The notes under the pieces are model-generated. The model made no database searches. It worked only from the letters and a program-made list of their open reading frames with translations, and had not been told where the DNA came from. The translations under genes and the position numbers were made by a program. This document shows, piece after piece, positions 44,901 to 56,900 of a stretch of DNA of 64,000 nucleotides. The stretch comes from an uncultured Candidatus Berkelbacteria bacterium. Lineage in GTDB: Bacteria; Patescibacteriota; UBA1384; UBA12157. Numbering within the stretch: the stretch's first letter is position 1; each line of letters begins with the position of its first letter. The DNA is taken from positions 9,281 through 73,280 of the forward strand of contig CAIRFN010000011.1 of assembly GCA_903877885.1 (NCBI GenBank), given 5' to 3'.

Positions 44901-47900
44901 TTTTGCTTCCGGCGCTGTTCAAACTGTGACTGGTATATTTACGATGACCGGCACTAGCGGTCACAACATTATCTTGTCCCGATCTGGTGGATCTGATCCG
45001 ACTCAATGGCAAATTACGCCAACCGCTTGGAATGTTGATTATGTCACAGTTAGCAACAGTAAAAACAATGCGGCCAGTAAAATCAATCCAGCCCACTTTA
45101 TTGATGGTGGTAATACGACTAACTGGTTCCAAATTGCGCCGAGCGCTGTCACAATTAGTTCAATTACTACCACTGGCTTTACTGTTGGTTGGACTGACAA
45201 TTCGTCTGATGAAACCGGCTTTGGCGTTTATATCGCCGCTGGTACTTCAGATTGTTCAACCGCGACTTATTCCGGTACGCCAGATTATACTGCGGCGGCC
45301 AATGCCGTTAGCCAAGCAGTGACCGGGAAATCGGTTAATACCCAATATTGTGCCAAAGTTCGAGCTTTGAATGCCACTAGTGGTTCAGCACCAGTTTATT
45401 CCTCGCCAATCTATACCTTAGCTAATGTACCTTCGGCGCCGACTTTAGGGACGCCAACAGCTTCATTAATTCCAGTGACGATTAACGCCAATTCTAATCC
45501 AGCTAATACCACTTATGCGATTAAAGTTGTAAATGGTGGCACAAACTATATTCAAACTGATGGTACTTCTGGCGCTTCTGCGGTTTGGCAAGATTTAGCG
45601 ACTTGGGGAACGCCAAAAAATAATACTGGCTTAACCTCTAATACCCAATACACTTATTCTGTGGCGGCGACTAATGGCGACGGTACGGCTACCGATTATT
45701 CCTCAACTGCTCAAGCGACGACTTTAGTGACTTATAATATTACGGCTTCGACTGACGCGAATGGCACGATTTCACCACTTGGTGTTACATCGGTAGCTAG
45801 CGGTGGTACTCAAGCTTATACTTTCTCTGGAAACTCCGGTTATCATATTTCGACATTATTGGTTGATGGTGTTGCTCAATCGACTTTAACTAGTCCGTAT
45901 ACTTTTACTAATGTGACAGCTACTCATACGATTGCGATTACGACTGTGGCTGATAATACTTGTGTTTGGACTGGTTTGGGGTCAGGAACTAATAGCAATT
46001 GGTCCAACACTTTGAACTGGTCTGGTAATGCAGTACCGACTGCGACCTGCGATGTCATTTTCAATGCTACTTCGGCGACGACTTCGATCATTGATTCCGG
46101 TTTTACAAATTCAATTAAATCCTTATCTATAAATTCTGGTTACACTAGTACAGTGTCGGTATTACACGATATTAATATAGGCAACTTTAGCCTAGCAGAT
46201 GGTTATTTCGCACCTGGATCTAACTCTGTTAATGTGATAGAAAACTGGAGTATCACTGGCGGTATCTTTACGAAGGGCAATTCTACGATCAATTTAACAA
46301 ATTGGGTTCAAGACCATACAATTAATACAAACCAAGCATTTTACAATCTTCATATTGGTATTGCTGATCAAACCAAAGTCTCCCTGCTCTCAAATATTAC
46401 CGTTGACCATAACCTATCTATTGAACATGGAACTTTAGATGCTAATGGGTATGATATTGCGATTGGCGATGGCGGTACATTTGCTGATCAAAACGGCTTA
46501 TTTACCGCTGTAACTGGCACAGTTAATTTGGCTGGTTCGGCTACAATTTCAGGGGATACAACATTTAATAATCTTTCGGCTACCACCGGCGGCAAAACTA
46601 TTTCTTTCGCGGCTGGTTCAACTCAAACTGTGACTGGCACTTTGACTTTGACTGGAACTTCTGGTTCAACTTTGACTTTGAATCGATCTGGTAGTTCTGG
46701 CATTTGGTCGATTAATCCAACAGCTTGGAATATTAATTATGTCACCGTTTCTAATTCTACTAATTTAGCCGGTTCACCAATTAATCCGGCGGTTTGGACT
46801 GATAGTAGTGGTAATATTAACTGGTCAACTTCCGCTCCGGCCGGAGTAACGATGACTAGTCTTTCGACTACAGGGTTCACAGTCGGTTGGACTGATAATT
46901 CTTCGAATGAAGATGGTTTTAAGGTTTACATTTCCACTACCCCAAATGCGGATTGTTCTTTGGCTACCTATCCAGGCACGGCCGATTATACTATTGCCGC
47001 CAATACTACAACTAAAGCGGTGACTGGTAAATCAGTTAATACCCAATATTGCGCTAAAGTCACAACCTATAATGGTACTCACGAATCAACACCGGTTTAT
47101 TCATCGCCAACTTATACTTGGGCTAATGTACCTTCGACACCAACTTTGGGCACAGCTGGATCAAGCACGATTCCAGTCACCATCAATCAGAATTCCAATC
47201 CATCAAATACGACTTATGCGATTAAAGTCACTTATAGTTCATCAACTAAATATGTCCAAGCCAATGGAACTTTAGGCGACTCGGCAGTTTGGCAAGATTA
47301 TGCGACTTGGGGTGGTGCCTCTGGGTTTACATCCACCGGTTTAACAGTTAATGTCCAATATACTTATTCGGTGGCGGCCAGAAACGGAGATAATACCGTA
47401 ACAGCCTATAGCACAACTGCTCAAGCTACGACCGTCGGTTCTATTATCTCAGGTACAATTTATACGGCAGCTAATAAATCGACCAATGTTGGTTCTGGTA
47501 AAACTGTTGGTATTACGGTTAATGGTGGTACGAATGTGACAACTGGTACGACTGATGCTAACGGCGCATTTGCCATTCCTATCATTGCTACAACTAATGA
47601 TAAACTTGGAATTTTCCTTTCCGACGCTGTCGGTGAAGCCAATCTTTTCACTTTTGCTATCGACTCAACAACAAATATTTCTGGGTTGGAACTTTACACT
47701 AATACCATTATTTTACGCAGCGAAACTGCTAATCCGATGACAAATGCGGCAATTAAACAAATTAGTACTTGTTCGGTTTGCAGTACTCATATTCACGTGA
47801 CCAATCCAACTGGTAGTAAAATTAACTTTGATGAAGGCTACAGTGTCTTAATCGATGCCAATAAGACCTACACACCTGGCGCGGAAATTGGTACAGTCGG

Positions 47901-50900
47901 TAATTTGTTGGTCAAAGGTACTTTGAATTTGGAAGCTAACTACTTAACTATGACCGGTAACTTTGATTCAACTTCCGGCACAATTAGCCAATCCGGCGCC
48001 ACTGTCACATTCAGCAAAACTTCTGGCACTCAAACTATTACTACAAATAATCAGACTTTAGGAAATGTGGTTTTTGCTAACGGTGGTACTAGACAATTAG
48101 TTGATGGTATGGCCGTGGCTGGAACCTTTACCCAATCGGCTGGTGCATTAGACTTGTCAGCTCATAATCCAAACTGGTCAGTAGCCGGCAATATGGCTTT
48201 GGCTGGCGGCTCGGTCAGTAAGGGGACTGGTGCTTTGACTTTGAATGGCGATTTGTCCTACTTGGCTGCCACTGGTATTAACCCTGGTAATGTGGCCATT
48301 GGCGCTTCACCGGATACTGTCACTTTAAGTTCCGACGCTATTTATGATTCTTTAACGATTAATTCTGGCGATAAATTGGTGACCGCTGGCTACAATATTA
48401 CAGTTAATGGTGATTTGACGATCGATGGCGAACTTGATGCTACCACGGCCAGCAGCCGAAATTCGACTATCACTGTGTTTGGTAATTACGCCAATAATGG
48501 CACACTTGACACTTCGACTTCGACTTTTGATTTTGCTAAAACTTCTGGCACTCAAACTTTGAATACCGGCGGCACTGGTTCAACCAAAGTTTTGAATAAT
48601 CTAGTTCACTCTGGCACCGGCACTTTACAGCCAGTAACTAACCATCTTAAAGTCGATGGTTATATTATTAATGCCAATGGTCCGTTCGATGCTAATAGCT
48701 TGAATATTAATGTCGCTGGCAACTGGTCCAATACTAATACTTTCACGGCCGGCAATGGCACAGTTACCTTTGATGGCGCTGGTGGCACTACTCAAGTTGT
48801 TTCCGGTTCAACCACATTCAATAATTTAACTGCGACGACCAGTTTGGCTCGAACAATTAACTTTGACATTAATTCGACTCAAACCGTGACCGGCACATTG
48901 ACTTTAACTGGTATTAATAGTCATTTGTTAACTCTCGGCCGAAATGGCGGATCTGACAATGACCAATGGAATATTATCCCAACCGCTTGGAACGTTAGCT
49001 ATGTCACAGTCAGCAATTCTTATAACCAGGCTGGTAGCGCTATTAATCCAACTCACTCGGTTAACGGCGGCAATAACCAAATGTGGTTTTCGCCAACTGC
49101 GCCGTCTGGCGTGACCATTGATACAATTCACTCGACCGATGTGATGGTTCATTGGACAATTAATTCACTGGAAGATTTTGGTAGCAAAGTTTGGCTTTCG
49201 ACTCTGGCTAATGACGATTGTTCTTTGGCGACCTATCATGGTTTACCAGATGCGACCACTTCGGCTGGCGTGGCTGCTGAATTATTCGAAGGCTTAACCG
49301 CTAATACCAAATATTGCGCCAAGGTTGTGACTGTATCAGCGCCTAATGGCGACTCCGCGCCATACTTTAGCGCGCCAAAATATACGGCCGCCAATATTCC
49401 AAATGATCCGATTTTGGGTACCGTTACTTCTGGTACAATCCAAGTGAATTTAAATGGTGGTACTTTACCAAAATACGCGATTAAAGTAGTTACTGGCGCG
49501 ACAACTAAATATTTAGCCATCAATGGCACACTTTCTGATACAGCAGTTTTCGACACTTATACTAATTTCGGCGGCGCATCTGGCATAACTAGTACTGGTT
49601 TAGTGGCCAATACTTCCTACACTTATTCTGTCGCTGGTCAAAATGCCGATGGCTTAGCCACTGATTATTCAACCGGCGCAGCCAAATCGACTTTACAAAC
49701 TTATACCATTTCTACTTCGGTTTCTGGCTCCAATGGCACGATTAGTCCAACGCCGACGGCGACCATTGATTCTGGTGCCAGCCAAAATATTACGATTACA
49801 CCATCAAGCGGTTACTATATCGGTCAAATTGTGGTTGATGGCACCTCATTGACTGGTGTTCTAACTTCACCATATTCATTCACTAATATTACTGCCAACC
49901 ATACTATCGCGGTTAGTTTTACCAATACCAATACTTGTGTTTGGGATGGCGGCGGCACTGATTCGAATTGGTCAACGGCCAACAACTGGTCTGGTAACAC
50001 CGTGCCAACTGCTACTTGTAATGTGATTTTCGATGGCACTTCCAGTACACCTTCAACGATTGATGGCGATTTTGCCGGTACTATCGCTTCGATTACAATG
50101 AATTCCGGTTACTCTGATACCTTGACTGTCGATCGAGATCTAACCATTACCGGAACTTTGGTTTTGAGTGCTGGTACATTTGCCGCGGGCGACAATACTA
50201 TCACTTTAACTGGTTCAGGCACACCGTTTGTAATTTCCGGCGGCACATTTGATGCTGGCACTTCAACTTTCAAATATCAATCGGTTGCCAATACAAACGT
50301 GGCTACAACCAGTTATCACAATTTGGAATTTATCGGTCCAGAACAAGCAACACCATCGATTTGGATTAGCAACATGATGTCTGGATTGGGCACTAACGCT
50401 TGTAGTTACAGTAAAATGGCGACTGCTACGGGTAGTGTATCTGGAACTTATCCTGCCAATGCCATCGGACCAAAATCAATTGCCTTTGATCCATTAAATA
50501 ATTTTGTTTGGGCAACCTGTGCAGATTCAGTTTACAAATTAAATGCCACGACCGGTGCTATTATCGGCTCTTTTAACACTGGCTCACCTCAAGGTATTGC
50601 TATCGACGCTTCTGGTAATGTTTGGGTTGATAATAATTTTCCAACTAAGTTTTTTGAACTCAATGGCCAAACAGGTGAAATTATGGCAAGTCATCAATTT
50701 GGTAATGGTAACGATGGTTCGACATCTGCAATGGTAGCTGATTCTACCGGGCATATTTGGATGGCTAGACATATCACTGGCCTATCGGCGGTGATAACTA
50801 AAATAAATGTGTCAGACGCTTCGATTGCTGGCGAATACCAAACTAATATTGATTCAGGTGTTTCTGATATGGCAGTAGATGCTTCTGGTAATATCTGGAT

Positions 50901-53900
50901 TGCTAATGTTGAAAATTCGAGCGTTACAAAGATGAACGGTTCGACCGGTGTGGTGATTGGAACTTACGCGGCTGGTAGTCAACCTTACGGCATTTCAGCC
51001 GACCTAACTGGTCATATCTGGGTTGCAAATTATGTCTCAAGTTTGAAAGAAATAGACAGCTCAAATGGTAGTATTCTTCACGATTATCCAATTCAGTCCT
51101 ATGCAATGGGTTTGTCGCTAGATGCTTCTGGCAATATTTGGGTCGGTGACCAGAACTATGGTGGCGGTACTGGTGTCCAAAAAGTAAGAGCTTCTGACGG
51201 TACGGTTTTAGGAACTTATAGTGCAAGTTACAACTATCGAACATCAGTCTTAGGTGATGCGACTGGCTTTAAATACTTGAATTTTGTCTTGGGTGATGGC
51301 ACGATGCCCAAATACACGCTTGGTGCCGGAACTTTGAATGTGAATAATCTGACAATTGGCGACACTACCACACCATCGTTTGTGACTGCCGCCACTCACA
51401 ACCCAACTATCAATATTTCTGGCGATTTAGATCTTAAAGCCAATGGAACACTAACTGCATCAGGAACTCATACTTTGAGTTTGGCTGGCAACTGGACTAA
51501 TGCCGGTACTTTCAATGCTAACGGTGGCACAGTCAATTTAACAGATAATTCAACTATTTCCGGTAGTTCGACTTTCAATAATCTTTCAGCCACGACTGGC
51601 GGTAAAACCATTTCCTTTGCGGCTGGTTCAACTCAAACTGTTTTAGGAACTTGGACGGCGACTGGCAATAGCGATTCCAATATTACTCTAGCTCGATCTG
51701 GTTCCAGCGGTATTTGGTCAATTAATCCAACCGCCTGGAATGTGGACTATGCCACAGTTTCCAATTCAACAAATCTAGCTTCCAGCCCAATCAATCCACC
51801 GCATTGGACTAATTCCGGTAATAACACTAACTGGTTAACTCCGGCGGCAACGGGCGCTAGTATTACCAACCTAACCTCGACTGGTTTTGATGTGACCTGG
51901 ACCGATAATTCTTCTAGTGAAGATGGTTATAAAGTTTATATTGCCGCCGGCGCATCTGATTGCTCGACCGCGTCATATTCCGGCACTGCCGACTATACTG
52001 TCGCCGCCAATACTACCACTAAATCTGTGACTGGCAAATCCGTCAACAGCCAATATTGCGCCAAAGTGACGACTTATAATGGTTCATATGAATCCACGCC
52101 GGTTTATACTAATTCCGCTTATACTTTAGCTAATGTGCCGAGTGCGCCAACTGCGGCCGCCCAATCATCGACTTCGGTTAAAGTTACGATTAATCAAAAT
52201 TCCAATCCGTCAAATACGACTTACGCGGTTAAAGTAGTTTATGGTGCAACCACGAAATATCTTCACACTGACGGGACATTAAGCGATTCGATTACTTGGG
52301 AAACTTACGCTAACTTTGGTGGCGCCAATGGCATTACCAATACTGGATTAACTACCAATACTCAATATACTTATTCAGTCGCGGCCAAAAACGGCGATGG
52401 TACAGCGACCGATTATTCTTCGACTGCTAATGCCACAACTTCGTCGACTTACGCGATTTCGGCATCTGTCTCTGGTGGTCATGGAACTGTTAGTCCAACT
52501 TCTGCCAATAAAGAAGCCGGCGCCAGCCAAGATATTACTATTACACCAGATTCTGGTTATTATATTGCCAGTATTGCTGACAACGGTTCAAGTCTGACCG
52601 GTACTTTGAGCTCGCCATATTCTTTGACTAATATTTCCGCCGCTCACACCATTGTCGTGACTTTTGTCGCCAACGGTACTTGTATTTGGGACGGCGGCGG
52701 TTCAGATAATAACTGGACAACGGCCAATAACTGGACCGGTAATGCCGCGCCAGATGCTAATTGCGATGTTATTTTCAATGCGACTTCAACCAAGGATTCG
52801 ACGATTAATACCACAACTCACTTCAAGTCAGTTTCCTTTAATTCCGGATATAGCGGTACAATAACTGATAGTTCAACTTTCAATGTTGATGGTAACTTGA
52901 ATTTGGCTAGCGGTACATTTAACGCTGGGAGCCAAGCTATTAATATTGGTGGTAACTGGAACAATACCGGCGCTACTTTTAATCCAGGTAGTTCGACTGT
53001 AACTTTCACTTCGACCAGCTCTGGTAACACCATTAAATCTTCCAATCAACATTTCAATAATTTTGTTCTTTGGGGCAATGGCGGCGACTGGACCGCTCAA
53101 GACAATATCAGTGTCGATGGTAACTGGTCAAGATTTGACGGTACCTTTATTCCAAGTGACTACACGGTTAATTTAACCGGCGCGACTGGATCGACTCAAA
53201 TTTTAACCAACGATACTACTTTCAATAATCTGACGGCCACAGCGACTGGCGCTCGCACGATTCAATTTGCTGGTGGCTATACTCAAATCGTTTTGGGGAC
53301 TTGGACGGTGACTGGCTCGGATAGTGGCAATATTACTTTGGAATTAAAATCCGGCGATGGCGATTACTGGCGAATCACTCCAACTGCTTGGAATGTTAAT
53401 TATGTGACTGTTTCTAACTCGATTAACAATGCTTCCAGTCCAATTAATCCGGCGGTTTGGACTAATGGTGGTGGCAACACCAACTGGGCAATTGGTCAGC
53501 CAACCGGTGTGACTTTAGCTACACCAACCACCACTGGTTTTACTGCTAACTGGTCCGAATCAATTCAAAACGGTAACGGTTACAAAGTTTATGTTTCGAC
53601 AACTGCTAACTCTGATTGTTCGGCGGCAACTTATCCAGGCACAGCTAGCTATACGATCAATTCAGCTTCAACTTTAACAAAAGACGTGACTGGCAAATCA
53701 GTCAATACTCAATATTGTGTCGCAGTCAAAGAAACCAGCGCGACAGGGGATTCAGCTTTGGCTTACTCGAATCCACTTTATACTTTGGCTAACACGCCGG
53801 GTCAGCCAACTGTGAATGTGCTTGGTTCAAATTCGATTAATGTTAAAATTGATCAGAATTCCAATTCGGCTAATACGACTTACGCTATTAAAGTGGTGAA

Positions 53901-56900
53901 CGGTTCGACGACTAAATATTTGCAAACCGATGGTACGCTTAGTAATTCGGCCGAGTGGGCCAGTTATGCTGATTTTGGTGGCGCTGATGGTTTAACCAAT
54001 ACTGGTTTGACAATCAATAATTTATACACTTATTCCATCGCGGCCAAAAATGGCGATGGGGAAGCGACTGATTATAGCACGACTGCCGATGGTTCAACTC
54101 TATCAACTCACACTATTACGGCTTCGGTTTCCGGTGGTCATGGTACAATCTCGCCAGCTGGTGTTACCGCTTTGGATAATGACGCTAACCAAGATTACAC
54201 CATTACACCGGCCGATGGTTACTATATTGCTCAAATTATTGTTGATGGCATCTCGATTTCCGGCACTTTGAGCTCACCATATTCATTTACCAATGTCGAA
54301 GGCGATCACACAATTGTCGCCACCTTTGCCGCTAACGGCACTTGTGTTTGGGACGGCGGCGCGGCAGGGGATGCTCGTTGGTCATCGGCTGATAACTGGA
54401 CTGGAAACGTCGCTCCAAGCACTAGTTGTGATGCAATTTTCAATGCCACTTCGACCAAAAATTCTTCGTTAGATTCCAGTTTTGAACCGGGTCATGTTAA
54501 TTCCTTATCGATTAACACTGGCTATACTGGTACTTTGACTTTGGATGATGTCCTAAACGATGATACTAATTTGACTATTGCTTCCGGTACAATTGATGCT
54601 ACCAATCAAGTAATTAATCTTGGCGGCAACTGGACGAAAACTGGCGGTACTTTCACTGCTGGTGGTGGCACAATTAATTTAATCGCTGGTGAGGGTACAA
54701 CTCAAATTATTTCCGGCTCAACTACTTTCCGTAATTTGACCGCAACTACTTCAGTCGCCAGAACAATTAGTTTTGCGGCTGGTTCAACTCAAACGGTCAC
54801 TGGTAATTTGACTTTAACCGGCACAACCGATGTGGCTTTGACTTTGGCTCGAAATGGTTCAAGTGGTGTTTGGTCAATCAATCCAACCGCCTGGGATATT
54901 GATTACGTGACGGTTAGTAACTCCACTAACCTGGCTTCCGCCCAAATTAATCCGCCACATTGGACTAACGTTAGCAATAACACTAATTGGGAAACGAGTT
55001 ATTCTGCGCCAACTGTCACGACTAATAATCCTGTCACCTCTGATCAAACTAAGACCACCGCAACTATCAGTGGTAATATCACAGCAACAGGTAATAAATC
55101 GATGACCGCTTGCGGTTTAGAGTATGGTACTGATGAAGCAAATCCGACGAATGCGGCACCGTCTACCGATTGTAATGCAACCACACCAACATCAATTATT
55201 GCCAATTTAACTAATTTAACTGCCGATACCACTTACTATGTTCGCGCTTATGCTGCCAACTCTATCGGCACTAATTACGGCGAATGGGTAAGTTTTGCAA
55301 CTTTACCAAATACTTACACAATCACTGCTTCTGCTGGCGCTCATGGCACAATCAGTCCATCCGGCGAAGTTTCAGCAAACAATGCTTCAAACAAAACATT
55401 TATCATTACTCCAGCTACAAATTATCATATCAGTAGTATTTTGTTTGACGATGAATCGCAAACGATTACCACCGCGACTGGCATGGACTTTGCAGTCAAT
55501 AATATTACGACTAATCACACTTTATCGGTCAGTTTTGCCATTAACACCAACACGGTTACGGCTTCGGCTGGCGCTAACGGTACAATTTCGCCACTGGGCG
55601 CTACAGCTGTTAATTATGGCGCCACTCAAGCTTACACTATCACACCAAACACTAATTTTCATATTGCTTCGGTTTTGGTTGATGGTCAGTCGGTCGGTGT
55701 GGTCACATCTTACACCTTTACTAATGTGATAACTTCCCACACTATTTCCGCTACCTTTACGGTTGATACTCACAATATTGTTGCTTCAGCAGGTTCGCAT
55801 GGCGCTATTAGTCCAACCGGTACAACTGCGGTTAATTATGGCGGCGATCAAGCTTATACCATTTTGCCAAGCGATAATTATCATATTGCCGATGTCTTGG
55901 TTGACTCTGTTTCTGTTGGCGCGGTCAGTGATTACGCTTTCTCGAATGTCGTAACTTCCCATACCATCTCCGCGACTTTCGTTGCCAATCCAGGCTTTGA
56001 ACACACTATTACTGCTACCATTTCTGGTCATGGCACGATTAGTCCAGCCGGTTCGGTTTTGGTTAGTGACAGCAATAGTCAAGTCTTTACTATCAATCCA
56101 TCAACCGGTTATTCTATCGACAGTATTTTGGTTGATAATGTAGCGGTCACTCCGGCTACAACTTATACTTTCTCTAATGTGACAACTGATCACACGATTG
56201 CAGTTACAATTGCTACAACTACTTACACAATTACCGCTTCGGCTGGTACTGGCGGTTCGATTAGTCCATCTGGCGCCGTTGTTGTTGATTATGATTCTGA
56301 CAAAACCTTTACCATCACACCAAAAACCGGTTATCATATTGACAATGTTAAAGTTAATAATAAATCTCAAGGCGCTATTTCGACTTACACCTTTAGTTCG
56401 ATTACCGATGATCAGGAAATTGAAGCGACTTTCGCTCTTGATCCAACTTCGATTGTTAACCCAACCAATTTAACTGGTATCGCTGGCGATTCGCAAAATT
56501 CACTTTCCTGGACCAATCCAATTACAACTTACTTTGATCATGTTGATTTATATCGATCAACTACGGCCGGCACACTTGGTGACAAATTAGCTGGAAACCA
56601 AACTGGCACAACATATATAGATCGAAACTTAACCAACAATACGACTTATTACTACACTTTGAAGGCAATTGATACTTACAATAATGTTTCGACTGGCACC
56701 GAACAATTGGCTTTGATGCCAAGCAGTATTGCAGATATCATTGCACCAAACGCGCCAACCAATTTGCGCGCCACCAACATCAAATCGACGACTATTAGTT
56801 TGGTTTGGGATGCTTCGACTGACAATGTTGCGGTTGTTGGCTATAAACTCTTTAATGCCGACACCAATATTCAAATTGCCACCACCAGCCAAACTGATTA

